Virus record (IMG/VR): IMGVR_UViG_3300049719_000183
Coordinates: 1-64,000 of that record
Source of the DNA: a virus
Length of the DNA: 64,000 nt
Reading direction: 5' to 3' (one strand)
Positions 17,902-27,826 of this stretch are shown here, one piece after another. How positions within the stretch are numbered: position 1 is the stretch's first letter; each line of letters opens with the position of its first letter. Both the position numbers and the translations under genes were made by a program. The notes under the pieces were generated by a model. The model was not told the origin of the DNA and made no database searches. It worked only from the letters and a program-made list of their open reading frames with translations.

Positions 17902-20194
17902 CGTAGATGTTGCGAATGGTGACCAGCTCCGTGGGATTCACATCCAGACGGGAGGAAGGGTTCGAGGGTGAGTTTAGGCTCACCTGAATGTTGCTCAGGC
18001 CATTCAGATTGTTCACCACGTCGTAGGCGCTGACCGGGGGCGTCGTGCTGACGGTGGGTGGCGGCACGGCATACAGGGGCGCTCCGACAGCCAGTCCGAG
18101 ACTCCAGGCACGCAGGGCAGATCGCACCTGCTGACGCTGGGCTTGGGAGTTGTCACCCGTGTACGCCACATAGATGTCCGTGGGCCTCTGCACTGTGTAA
18201 GCCTGTACGGGTGTCAGGTAGAGGTTGAGGGTCTGCAGAGGTCCAATGATGAACAGCTGCACCTCGCCTGTGGCGAGATTGATCGTGCTGTCCTGCGTCG
18301 GATCGAGGCCGGTGCCAGAGATGGTGGCATAGCCAGCAGTGACATCGGGTCCAATGTAGACGGGCAGACTGCCGTAGGTGCCACTCAACGCCCAAGCGAA
18401 GCCCGGGGCGAAGGGAAGCTGGCCACTTGCATAGCCTGCCGAGTTGCTCAGCAGTTCGGGCGTGTAGGCGATATTGGCCGCAGGGGCGATGAACACCGTG
18501 TCCAGGTCCGCAGGATAGACATCCGACTGTGGAGTGGCCACCACGGCATTTGTGACACCTGTGACGTTGAGCACCGTCTGGATGAGCTGTGCGAAATTGG
18601 CGGGAACGCCCGGGACGAGATCGTCCACATACAAATCAACAGCCACCTCGACTGCCTCGGCCACGTTTGCGACATTGTTGCCTGCGGCGACGGCCACCTG
18701 ACAGGCAAACGGCAACGGTTGCGAGCTGCCCTGTGCAATGAGCACGTAATCCGTGGCCATCGCTACGGCCTGCAGGTAATTTGAGAGATCGGTCTGCAGG
18801 GCTCCTGAAACGGGCACCAGGCCACCCGAAGAGGATGTGGTCCATGCGTAGATGAGCACCAGGTTTCCTTCCAGGAAATTGTTCCCACCCCGTGTTACTG
18901 CCCGTGCGAACGTCACTTGACCATTTGGCCCTGAGTACTGCCCAGCCAATGTCTGATAGTCCAACAGTGTCACTGCCCTGTTGCCGGTCAGCGTGCTTGC
19001 AGGAATGCTCTGGCGGGCCGACTCAAGGGTTTCGGCATCTGCACCTCCTGTGGCAGGCTGCTGATTGAGGAGGGCCAACGTGTACTGAGCGCCTGTGTTG
19101 TTGCCGGTCACCGACACTGTGGTGTCAATGGCACCCGATGACACATTCCCCGACACACCACCACCGATGCGATAGCTGATTGTGATGCTGGCTTGCGAGG
19201 GTACCAGGGCTCCTCTGGTGCCATCCCCGAAGAGCAGCACGGTGTTGCCCGTTGAGGGTATCTGGAGCACCTGAAACACGGTGTCAGTGGCTCCGTTGAG
19301 ACCGAGAGCAGTGGTTTGTGTCCAGAGGGTTGAGCCTACTTGCACTGTGACGGAACCATCGATGACAGGGGAGCCCGTCAAAGGTATGGTCATGCTTGAC
19401 GTGTTCGTCGGGGCAATCTGGGACACGGAATAGGTCTGTCCCTGCACCAGTGTCACACGGGTCTCATAGATGTTCGCTGTCCAGTTTCCTGTGTTTCCTG
19501 TCCAGGGGCTGAAAAGCTGGATGGTGTCGAAGTTTCCGTTGTTGTCTGTGATAATGGCCTGAATGACGGCGATACTTCCACTTCCATCGTTCGGAACTAT
19601 GACCTGGCCTATGCTGATGTAGGTCTGGAGGTTCACCGTCGTGTCCAAGCAATCCACCATGTTGCTGCCATTCGTGAACTGGAGCACTGAGGAAATGGTG
19701 CGACTGGTCCCACTGGTGGTATTGGGATTGAAGCTCGCTACGAGTGTTTGTGGGTAGAGAGAGCCTGACGGGATGACGTAGTTTTGAAGCACCTCGAACG
19801 TCTGTGAGGGTGCACCCGTTTTGATAGGCGTAAGGGTCGCCAGGGTCACGGCCTCCGAGAGAGGGGCCGTGAGTTGCACTGTGCACAGCACTGTTGAGGG
19901 TGACGGCTGGGCCATGTGATAGCCCACTAGGTTTCCTAGACGCACGGCACTCTCCCTAAGCTGCATCGTGCTCACGAAATTCTCAGCCACGAGGCGGTTG
20001 ATGGTGTAGGCCTGGAGAGCCGTGCACCATGCCATCACATCCAGGAAGATGGTGCCGAAGTTTCCGCTTGAGAAGTCGTTCCAGCCTGTGGGGTACCGTG
20101 CCTGGACCCTTTGGACCAGGGCATCATAGTGCGACTGATAGTCCAACTGCAGGTACTGCAGGGCATTGGCGCTGGATTGAGAGTTGGTGGCCAC
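17882..20194 (-). CDS. baseplate wedge protein (T4 gp6 / baseplate J-like)
   Basis: DY...WNDFSSGNFGTIFLDVMAW..ENFVSTMQLRESAVRLGNLVGY; FGDGTRG; GGADAETLESAR..NRAVTLLDY. Confidence 0.9.
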   Translation of the reverse strand: MATNSQSSANALQYLQLDYQSHYDALVQRVQARYPTGWNDFSSGNFGTIFLDVMAWCTALQAYTINRLVAENFVSTMQLRESAVRLGNLVGYHMAQPSPSTVLCTVQLTAPLSEAVTLATLTPIKTGAPSQTFEVLQNYVIPSGSLYPQTLVASFNPNTTSGTSRTISSVLQFTNGSNMVDCLDTTVNLQTYISIGQVIVPNDGSGSIAVIQAIITDNNGNFDTIQLFSPWTGNTGNWTANIYETRVTLVQGQTYSVSQIAPTNTSSMTIPLTGSPVIDGSVTVQVGSTLWTQTTALGLNGATDTVFQVLQIPSTGNTVLLFGDGTRGALVPSQASITISYRIGGGVSGNVSSGAIDTTVSVTGNNTGAQYTLALLNQQPATGGADAETLESARQSIPASTLTGNRAVTLLDYQTLAGQYSGPNGQVTFARAVTRGGNNFLEGNLVLIYAWTTSSSGGLVPVSGALQTDLSNYLQAVAMATDYVLIAQGSSQPLPFACQVAVAAGNNVANVAEAVEVAVDLYVDDLVPGVPANFAQLIQTVLNVTGVTNAVVATPQSDVYPADLDTVFIAPAANIAYTPELLSNSAGYASGQLPFAPGFAWALSGTYGSLPVYIGPDVTAGYATISGTGLDPTQDSTINLATGEVQLFIIGPLQTLNLYLTPVQAYTVQRPTDIYVAYTGDNSQAQRQQVRSALRAWSLGLAVGAPLYAVPPPTVSTTPPVSAYDVVNNLNGLSNIQVSLNSPSNPSSRLDVNPTELVTIRNIYVNGLTN

Positions 20195-20361
20195 GCTTAA
20201 CTGTCGTCGGATTCTAGTTAACCAGTGAGAGTCGCCTACAGCCTATTCCTCAATGATTGCCTCATCTGCCAAGTGAGGTGCGTTGACGCTGCGCCACTGC
20301 CTCCAGCACGCTTGGGATATTCGTGGCTGCGCAGTCTTATCACAGCCGCATTAGTTAGAGG

Positions 20362-20808
20362 GTGATCCACGAATTTCACGAACCCGTCCGTAACTTCAAG
20401 AAAGGCAAGGGCGACCTGGGGGCACCTGGATTGCCCAGCCGACAGGAGGCCTTTCTTTCGGGTGTGACGCTGTCACTTTGTAAACAGAGTCCCGCCATGT
20501 ACGCCTATCTGAGGGACGCCGAGGTGGACAAGGGTGGGAAGTGCTGGCTCGTGTTCTTCAAACTTCCTCCTGACGTGGTGAAAAACCTGGGTCAGGTGAT
20601 CAATGTGGAGAAAAAGGAGGCGTTCGAGTTCCAGCAGCACGGTGTATTTTTCACGGCCATCTCATTGGAGCCCTCGGATGACGAGATGAAGACCCTTGAG
20701 CGTTACTACCATGACAAGGGTGACGAGGCCAAATCGAAGGTAGTGGGACCGGACGACGATGAACAGACAGATAGCGCGGCTGATAGGCTGGCAACCGTCA
20801 AAAACTGA
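20362..20808 (+). CDS. hypothetical protein
   Basis: TAGTTA-N4-GTG start. Confidence 0.6.
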   Translation: MIHEFHEPVRNFKKGKGDLGAPGLPSRQEAFLSGVTLSLCKQSPAMYAYLRDAEVDKGGKCWLVFFKLPPDVVKNLGQVINVEKKEAFEFQQHGVFFTAISLEPSDDEMKTLERYYHDKGDEAKSKVVGPDDDEQTDSAADRLATVKN

Positions 20809-21040
20809 GGCAGCTCCCAGCTGGCTCGGCACCCGACTCGTGCCTCTAGCCGAGGGCTTCATCCGTCAACAGCCCGAGCGGTTGGACGTAAACACTCTTC
20901 GAGTCGAATCCTCATCAGGATCGAAGGTAAACTTTGCCATTGATGGTTATGCAGCCGATCACGAGTCCACCCGTGTGTTCAACACAACGGTGCGTGGGTC
21001 GTACGACGTGACGACAGGCGAACTCAACCGTCTGGAGTAA
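20759..21040 (+). CDS. hypothetical protein
   Basis: 93-aa ORF filling the gap between neighbours. Confidence 0.5.
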   Translation: MNRQIARLIGWQPSKTEAAPSWLGTRLVPLAEGFIRQQPERLDVNTLRVESSSGSKVNFAIDGYAADHESTRVFNTTVRGSYDVTTGELNRLE

Positions 21041-21227
21041 GAGTCCTGTCGTCGGGCTTCGTGTAAACGAGTCTTCCACTGACGAAATCTATCACGAGCT
21101 TCCGCACGAACTGGTTCTCAGTGTTTACGTTACGCAGTTTGATGCTGCGGTGTTCCTTGACCAGGGAGTCGAAGTGAGACTTGCGCAGGCGGAAGATGAT
21201 GACTTCGGATCGGGCTTCTTTGGACAT
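21024..21227 (-). CDS. small putative DNA-binding (ribbon-helix-helix-like) protein
   Basis: SEVIIFRLRKSHFDSL..NQFVRKLV; GTTCT-N8-ATG. Confidence 0.55.
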   Translation of the reverse strand: MSKEARSEVIIFRLRKSHFDSLVKEHRSIKLRNVNTENQFVRKLVIDFVSGRLVYTKPDDRTLTPDG

Positions 21228-21269
21228 AGGGGATAAGAACAAGGGTGTCCGTTCTTAGATAGTTAACAA

Positions 21270-23174
21270 ATGGCCGCCATCAATCAATTGCTGAAAGTCC
21301 TTGGAATCGTGGGTAGTGGCGTGTCTCGCGACACGCTTTCCCCCATGTTGAGGGGACCCACGGCGGGCGAAGAGCAACAACGCGAGTGGGAAAAGGCTGG
21401 AGTGGTTCAGAACCCCGAGGTGTGGGGCATCTATGGGAACTACATGCAGCAGCCCGAGACGCTGGACCAGCAGATGTTGCTCTGGCACGAGATGCTGAGT
21501 TGGGACCTTGTGGGGGCGGCCTTGAAGGAACTCTCCGAGGAGGCTACGCAGCCTGATTTTGTCACAGGTCATACGCTGTGGTTCGAGTGCACGGACAAGA
21601 ACTTCGAGAAGAAGCTCATGAAGCTGCGGGATGCCCTAGGCGTGGAGGAACATCTGCAGTCTCAGACCTGGCACGTAGCGGGTTACGGAAACAACTTCGA
21701 GAAACTTCACTACGAGGCGGGGCAAGGCGTCACGGGGATCAGTTTTGCCCACCCCATCGATGTGCGCCGGTATTGGCTCGCCAAGAATCGCCAGTGCGTG
21801 GGCTTCATGTGGAAGCAGGAAAATCCTCCTGAGACAGAGAATTTCCAGGTGAATGGAGCTACGTTCGTCAGGGGCACCATCCAAGGTGGTGGGGCAGCCA
21901 ATGTGCCGAAGAACCTGTGGTTCCCCTGGGACTTCCTGCACATGCGCCGGATGCAGCGCAGCCGTATCAACGAGCACGGCGAGCCCATCTTCAAGGAGGC
22001 ACAGGGCATCTACAAGAAGCTGAGGCTAGCCCTCGACCAGATGGTGGTCCATCGCCTCCAGATCCAGCCAGATCGTTACGTGGTCAACATCGACACGAAG
22101 GACCAGCCCCCGGCAGAGCAGATGCGCACGGTGCAGCGTTGGCAGCAGATGATGCGCAAGAAGATGGCTTTCGGAGCCGGGCAGAGCCAAGCCAATCTCA
22201 CTGTGACGGATTTCAGGAGCCAGTATGACCCGATGGCTCTCGACACGGTGCTCTACATGCCCATTCCCAGGGACACGCAACACGCGATCAACAAGCTGGC
22301 GGGCACGCCACAGGTGCCTGATGTGTTCGACATCGAGCTGTTGATGAATCTGTTTTTCAGCATCATGGGCATGCCCTTGTCGTGGCTTGGTGTGAAGTCA
22401 GGTGGCGGTGGGGGAGACAGTCAGCAACCCGCCTCAGGCAAGGCTCTCCTAGCCCAGGACATGCGGTTCCTCAGGCAGACCCGTTCCGTTCGCAAGGGCG
22501 TCATTGACGGCTATACGTGGCTGGCCTATTTCCACGCCCTGCTCACGAACGAGAAGATAGATGATCTGAACATCTCGGCTAAGATGAGCGACATCAGCGG
22601 GTTGGAGGATCAGATAAAGCTGGAACTCTTGCAGATGCAGATCGATCTGCTGGACAAGCTTGGATCGGCGCTGGGCAACATTGGCGTGCCTACTCATGTC
22701 ATGGTGGACCTCGTTTTCAGACGCTACATGAGGCTGCCGGACGACGTGGTGAACGCTGTTATCACCGCCCTCCCGAGTGAGACGCCCCCGCCTGGCCAGC
22801 AGGAGAACGTGAACACTGTAGAGCACAAGATCAGGCAGTTGATGCTCACAGAGTCGAAGACCACACAGAAGATCATGGAGATTGTGAAGGTGCTCCGGAG
22901 CAATGATGCCGAGATGAGGCGCTTCCTGAACGAAACCTCACGGGCCGAGGCGATAGACAGGCTTCCCAAGAAGGGTGAAATGGCGAGCCTCATGGAGTCT
23001 ATACGGAGGAACGACAACACACAGCAGATACTGATGGAGACTAAGCTAGACCTCACGGGCAGCATGCCTCCCGCTCCGACACCTGCTGTTGGCCGCGGGG
23101 ATGGCAGAGTGGAGGGCTCTGTGGGCTGGCAGCTTCCCCAGTCTGTACGGGGCTTTTATGGGAGGCAGTCATGA
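21270..23174 (+). CDS. portal protein (T4 gp20-like)
   Basis: YKKLRLALDQMVVHRLQIQPDRYVVNIDT resembles the gp20 core; also YMPIPRD..INKLAG..DIE. Confidence 0.85.
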   Translation: MAAINQLLKVLGIVGSGVSRDTLSPMLRGPTAGEEQQREWEKAGVVQNPEVWGIYGNYMQQPETLDQQMLLWHEMLSWDLVGAALKELSEEATQPDFVTGHTLWFECTDKNFEKKLMKLRDALGVEEHLQSQTWHVAGYGNNFEKLHYEAGQGVTGISFAHPIDVRRYWLAKNRQCVGFMWKQENPPETENFQVNGATFVRGTIQGGGAANVPKNLWFPWDFLHMRRMQRSRINEHGEPIFKEAQGIYKKLRLALDQMVVHRLQIQPDRYVVNIDTKDQPPAEQMRTVQRWQQMMRKKMAFGAGQSQANLTVTDFRSQYDPMALDTVLYMPIPRDTQHAINKLAGTPQVPDVFDIELLMNLFFSIMGMPLSWLGVKSGGGGGDSQQPASGKALLAQDMRFLRQTRSVRKGVIDGYTWLAYFHALLTNEKIDDLNISAKMSDISGLEDQIKLELLQMQIDLLDKLGSALGNIGVPTHVMVDLVFRRYMRLPDDVVNAVITALPSETPPPGQQENVNTVEHKIRQLMLTESKTTQKIMEIVKVLRSNDAEMRRFLNETSRAEAIDRLPKKGEMASLMESIRRNDNTQQILMETKLDLTGSMPPAPTPAVGRGDGRVEGSVGWQLPQSVRGFYGRQS

Positions 23175-23881
23175 TCTCGTTTTCTGGCACTCCTACGGTT
23201 GTTGCCAGCGCAACGAGCAACAACCAGCCTCTAGCCACACTTTCGGCTACCATCACGGATTCCGTGCTCACCTATGTGGGTGCCACGGTGAATTGGGGTG
23301 ATGGGACGACCACGAGATACTCCCAGGTCAAGAAGCCGTTGATCATTTCCGGCGTCATCCACACCTACAGTACGCTGGGCACCTACAACGTCACGGTCAC
23401 AGCCTTCAACTATGCGAGCCCAACGCCGCAGACGATCACCTGGACAGGCGTGCCCATTTACGCCAATTCGAGCGACATCACGTTGCCCGGCACGTTCCCC
23501 AATTACGCGTACATCGGCCCCATCATAGCCAACGCATTGGGCTACCCGAATCCGAATCAGTGGGCCTGGCAGTTTGGAACCGACAACGCCACCCTTATCA
23601 GCTCACTGACCCTCCTGCTGAGCACCTCCCGGGGCGACCGCCTGATGGATCCAAATTTTGGAACCAATCTAGCTCAGCTGGTGTTCAGTTTGAACGGCCC
23701 CATCGTGAACGACGCCATCTACAGTGACGTGCAGCAGGCCGTAGCCAGCTATGAACCCCGGGCGCAGCTCGTTGACATTAAGACCACGGTGAATGGCCGT
23801 GTAATCTTTGTGAATGCTGCTTTCCAGTCACTCATCAATGGGCAACAATTTAGTGTCCAAAATGTTCCTGTAGTCCCCTAA
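23171..23881 (+). CDS. PKD domain fused to gp25/gpW-like baseplate protein
   Basis: NWGDG..HTYSTLGTYNVTV; LLSTSRGDRLMDPNFGTNL..YEPR. Confidence 0.85.
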   Translation: MISFSGTPTVVASATSNNQPLATLSATITDSVLTYVGATVNWGDGTTTRYSQVKKPLIISGVIHTYSTLGTYNVTVTAFNYASPTPQTITWTGVPIYANSSDITLPGTFPNYAYIGPIIANALGYPNPNQWAWQFGTDNATLISSLTLLLSTSRGDRLMDPNFGTNLAQLVFSLNGPIVNDAIYSDVQQAVASYEPRAQLVDIKTTVNGRVIFVNAAFQSLINGQQFSVQNVPVVP

Positions 23882-24201
23882 TGCAGAGAGACAAGTTCAA
23901 GCAGGTTGATTTCATCCGATTTTTCAACGAGCAGGGCCTTCCCTATTCGCAGGCCCGCCGAGCCTACACGGCCATGATCGAGGCGTTCGAGTCGGCCATG
24001 GTGAACCAGCAGGTGATACGACTGAGCCACCTCGGTACCATTTTTCCACGGGAAATCCCGTCACGGGAAATTACGATGGGATGCCGCAAGGTGAAGGGGG
24101 GCCTGCGTGACCCGAACATCTACAAGTACACGATAGGCAAGCGGGTCAAGTTCGTGCTCAAACTCAATGAGACCTTCAGCAAGCGTTACGGTTTCAGGTG
24201 A
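23881..24201 (+). CDS. HU/IHF-like DNA-binding protein
   Basis: Helical N-terminus, VIRLSHLGTIF..REIT..KRVKF beta arm. Confidence 0.65.
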   Translation: MQRDKFKQVDFIRFFNEQGLPYSQARRAYTAMIEAFESAMVNQQVIRLSHLGTIFPREIPSREITMGCRKVKGGLRDPNIYKYTIGKRVKFVLKLNETFSKRYGFR

Positions 24202-24219
24202 GACGACACCAGTTAAGCT

Positions 24220-25488
24220 ATGACAGTCTCTGCCGGAACACTGACTACCATCACACCCCTGAACCTGCCGGATGCGGCAGGCTACAATTTCATGGGCGGG
24301 GACGTGATGCACCAGGCTCCCACAGCCCCCATCGATTGGGCCAATCTTTCCTACTGTTCCCGCACTCTGGCCGCCCGTGACAACATCATTGCAGCCAAGG
24401 TGGAGCAGCTTATCTCCCAGGTAAACAACCAGGAACAGCTTGTCCCCATAAATGTCCCCTCCACCTATTTGGCCCCGGGTGACGTGGAGACGTGCATCGC
24501 CGTTCGCATTCCCGCTGGTTTCCAAGGCCGTGTGTTGAACTCGGCGGTGAACGCTAGCCCCCTGGTGGGTACAACATTGCTGCAAGTCCTCTACAATCCG
24601 GCATTTGGAGCGACAACGGGACAGGTGGCCTCCTCGACCTACAGCGAGAACGCGACAGCCACCAGTTTCTACTCTACAGGCGAGTTCGCTATCGTCCTGA
24701 GCAACGCAGGCACGGTGCCCGTCACAGCATTCGCCAGCGTGCTCATCACGATGGAGCCGGTGGTGGACCAGCCGGGCAGTTTAATTGGCCCGGGAGTCCC
24801 GGGTCCTCAGGGCCTCCCAGGTCCGTCAGGTGCGAACGGAACCAACGGCGGCCCCGGACCCATGGGACCGACAGGTGCTCCAGGCATGGTGTGGCTGGGT
24901 CAGTGGAGCAACGTGGCCACCTACATCCCGACAAACGTGGTCTGGTACAACTGGGGTGTCCTTGGGGTGGCGGCCTACTACTGCATCGTTGCAAACAGCA
25001 ACCAGGTACCTCCCGTGCCTGCATCGGCTCCAAGTGCTTTTTGGGATCTGCTGGCCTACACGCCCCCGAGCGCACAACCAATACAGATTTCACCCACTTT
25101 CACCTGGGTAGGAGCAGGATCCGTGGGCACCACATTTGGTTACTATCAGGCACCCTTTGCAGGCTTCATCACAGGAGCTTCGGCCTCTGTGCAGTCACCC
25201 GCTGTGGGTAACATAGGGTCTGGCTGCCAGATCGACCTGCTTTACTCCAACATACCCTTCTCTGGCAGCGCAATTCGCACCTTCAATACGGTGTACCTTG
25301 AGCGCGGAAGTTTCTTTTCTGGCACAACTTTTCCGACGCCTTATCCGGTCCTGTCAGGGCAGTACATTCGTTCTCAGGTGGTACTGCCGCCAGGTAGCGT
25401 CGTGCTTACTCCTCCCTTCTTTATCCCCGGTGGCAGCAGCACTACGGTAGCCCAGAATCTCAACGTCATCTACACGTTCATCGCGTAG
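24220..25488 (+). CDS. collagen-repeat tail or fibre protein
   Basis: About 14 G-X-Y triplets followed by WLGQWSNVATY. Confidence 0.75.
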   Translation: MTVSAGTLTTITPLNLPDAAGYNFMGGDVMHQAPTAPIDWANLSYCSRTLAARDNIIAAKVEQLISQVNNQEQLVPINVPSTYLAPGDVETCIAVRIPAGFQGRVLNSAVNASPLVGTTLLQVLYNPAFGATTGQVASSTYSENATATSFYSTGEFAIVLSNAGTVPVTAFASVLITMEPVVDQPGSLIGPGVPGPQGLPGPSGANGTNGGPGPMGPTGAPGMVWLGQWSNVATYIPTNVVWYNWGVLGVAAYYCIVANSNQVPPVPASAPSAFWDLLAYTPPSAQPIQISPTFTWVGAGSVGTTFGYYQAPFAGFITGASASVQSPAVGNIGSGCQIDLLYSNIPFSGSAIRTFNTVYLERGSFFSGTTFPTPYPVLSGQYIRSQVVLPPGSVVLTPPFFIPGGSSTTVAQNLNVIYTFIA

Positions 25489-25503
25489 TTCTAATTGGGC
25501 CTC

Positions 25504-25980
25504 ATGGCCCGTGAACTACCCACACTGAAGCGTCTGAAGCTTGGACGTGACGCCATCGATCTCGATTACTACCTGACATCGAACTACGACAATATCAGCG
25601 ATGCCAGCGCTGAGTTGCCCGCAGTGATCGAGTGGGTGAATGAGCAGAACCAAGGCTACGTCGAGAGGATGCACATCCTCAAGGGCGAGCTGAAGGAGGC
25701 CGAGGCTTCGGCTTTCCTACGACTGGCTGAACCGGGCACTGATGAGAGCTTTGAGAACAAGTTCCCTGGTGTCAAACGCACGTCCGAGGCTTTGAACCAT
25801 GCCATGGAGCTTGACCCCGAGGTGAGGCAGAAGCGGAGCGACCTGGCCCATCACATTTCTTGGGTGGAAAGACTGCGCCAACTCCAGGTGAGTCTCACTG
25901 CAAAACTCGACATGGTGAGGAGCAGCGAGGCCACGCGGAGACGCGTGTTCTTAGACCCTCACGACGATCCGTCAGTTTGA
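25504..25980 (+). CDS. UvsY-like recombination mediator (putative)
   Basis: Helical protein with ..AMELDPEVRQK..; adjacent to the SSB and RecA-like genes. Confidence 0.5.
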   Translation: MARELPTLKRLKLGRDAIDLDYYLTSNYDNISDASAELPAVIEWVNEQNQGYVERMHILKGELKEAEASAFLRLAEPGTDESFENKFPGVKRTSEALNHAMELDPEVRQKRSDLAHHISWVERLRQLQVSLTAKLDMVRSSEATRRRVFLDPHDDPSV

Positions 25981-25997
25981 TTCAATCCCCCAACACT

Positions 25998-27245
25998 ATG
26001 TCCAATACTGATCCCTCCTTCATGGCCGAACTCGATGCGGAGGCCGAGTACGCCCGCAAGGGCAGCCTCATCAGCCGTCTGACAATCGAGCGTGGCGAAG
26101 GCGCTGTGGTGCGCTTCCTGCCCGTCCAGATGGGCACGGCCCACACTTGGTTCGGCCGGGTAGGCCGTCACTGGTTCAACAAGAAAATGATCGGCTGCCC
26201 CCGCACCACGAGCCCCCACATGGGCGGCGACATGGAGGCCGATTGCCCCGTCTGTGCGCTTGCTGAGGCGCTGATGGCTGAGGGCGACAAAGCCCTCCAC
26301 GATCAAGGCAAGAAGCTGGCCGTCTGGCCCCAGTACCTCACCTACGTGCTCGAACTGGAGCGCATCGACAAGCGGGGAGACTCCGAGCCCGTCAAGGCAA
26401 GGGACGCCTACACACCCCAGATCTTCTGGCTCACCAAGATCGCTTTCATCGAGTTGGAGCGGCTGGTGAAGAAGTCGCTGGCCGCATCGCCTCAGCTTGG
26501 CCTTCTTGACCCCATCCTTGGCAACGATGTCGAGGTGCGCCGGGATGCAAAGGGCACTTGGAGGCTCGATCTCATGGCTCCACAGCCCATTCGCAACGAT
26601 CTGTCCGATGACGATCTTGTTGCATGGGTGAACGACCTCTGTTCCTCGATCAAGCAGGAGAACACACGGCCTGCCGGATACGAGGAGCTGGAGAAATACG
26701 CTCAGCACGTCGAGAAGCAGCTGGAGAACGTCGAGGAGGCTCCCCGGGGTCGTGGTCGATTCGAGGAGGAGGAGAGTGAACAACCCGCTCCTCGTCGCCG
26801 CCTTGCTGCCGCTGCACCTGCCGCTGCCATCGCTCCTCGGGGCGCACTTCGCTCCCTCAGGGCACCTGCCGCTGCGGCCCCTGCCCCGTCACAGGTGGAG
26901 CGGGAACTCGATGCAGTGCCAGAAGGGGAAGCACCTGCCGCAGAAGTTCGCAGGGCACCTACGCCAGCACCGCAACCGGCACCCCGTCCGGCACCACGCC
27001 CGGCAGTACGTCAGAGCGGCGTCATCAGCGAGCCTCCTGCAGGACGCAGGCCCACACCGGCTACGCCTCCCCCCGAGGCCAGCATGAACGAGGACCCCTC
27101 CGATGAGGTACCCCCCGAGACAAGAGATCCGGCCCCTCCGATTGCGCAGGAGCCACCTCCCACACCGCCCGCTTCAGCACCCAGGCCGCAGACACCCCGT
27201 CGCCTGAGTGCTGCGCTCACTCGAACCCTTAGCAGAGGAGTCTGA
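25998..27245 (+). CDS. single-stranded DNA-binding protein (T4 gp32-like) with long Pro/Ala tail
   Basis: VRFLP..HW..CP..DCPVC..LDPILGND. Confidence 0.75.
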   Translation: MSNTDPSFMAELDAEAEYARKGSLISRLTIERGEGAVVRFLPVQMGTAHTWFGRVGRHWFNKKMIGCPRTTSPHMGGDMEADCPVCALAEALMAEGDKALHDQGKKLAVWPQYLTYVLELERIDKRGDSEPVKARDAYTPQIFWLTKIAFIELERLVKKSLAASPQLGLLDPILGNDVEVRRDAKGTWRLDLMAPQPIRNDLSDDDLVAWVNDLCSSIKQENTRPAGYEELEKYAQHVEKQLENVEEAPRGRGRFEEEESEQPAPRRRLAAAAPAAAIAPRGALRSLRAPAAAAPAPSQVERELDAVPEGEAPAAEVRRAPTPAPQPAPRPAPRPAVRQSGVISEPPAGRRPTPATPPPEASMNEDPSDEVPPETRDPAPPIAQEPPPTPPASAPRPQTPRRLSAALTRTLSRGV

Positions 27246-27246
27246 C

Positions 27247-27522
27247 ATGGGCAGGCACTTTATACGATTCAAGCTGCTATACATCACCCTGATCATCTCG
27301 ATTGCTTCGGCAATCGTGGGTGCTCTAGGACCCCTTAAGGATCTCACGAAGGAGCAACTACACGCCTTCTCCTGGGTGTACTGGGCGGTGGTGTTCTTCA
27401 ATATCGTTGTCTCCGCAGGCAACAACATTGTCGCCGCTCTGAGCACACCTCCTGCCGATACAGAGCCCGCTGAGCCCGTCACCGAACCAAAGCCTACACC
27501 TTCACCGGCACCTGCCGTTTAA
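27247..27522 (+). CDS. two-TM membrane protein (holin-like possible)
   Basis: Two hydrophobic helices; GAGGAG RBS. Confidence 0.5.
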   Translation: MGRHFIRFKLLYITLIISIASAIVGALGPLKDLTKEQLHAFSWVYWAVVFFNIVVSAGNNIVAALSTPPADTEPAEPVTEPKPTPSPAPAV

Positions 27523-27526
27523 CACC

Positions 27527-27826
27527 ATGATCAGAAAATCCACACTCTCTGACGAGGCGTGCCCCGTCAAACAGAAGCACACTCCCGTAGAGGAGGCACT
27601 TGCCTGTCAGCATTCGGCCTGCAACGAGCTTATAGCCTCACTGGATTCCCTCAGAAAGAGGTTGAACCCTATTCTGGAGCCTACCCCGTGTAGTGATGGC
27701 GGTGACGATGCGTGCGAAAAGGAATGCCCGGACATTCTTCTCACTCACCGGATAGACGAGAACACGAACGGCGTGCGTACGGCACGGTCCATTGTTAGCG
27801 ACATCAATGAGAGGCTGATGCTCTGA
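27527..27826 (+). CDS. hypothetical coiled-coil protein
   Basis: 99-aa ORF in operon. Confidence 0.55.
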   Translation: MIRKSTLSDEACPVKQKHTPVEEALACQHSACNELIASLDSLRKRLNPILEPTPCSDGGDDACEKECPDILLTHRIDENTNGVRTARSIVSDINERLML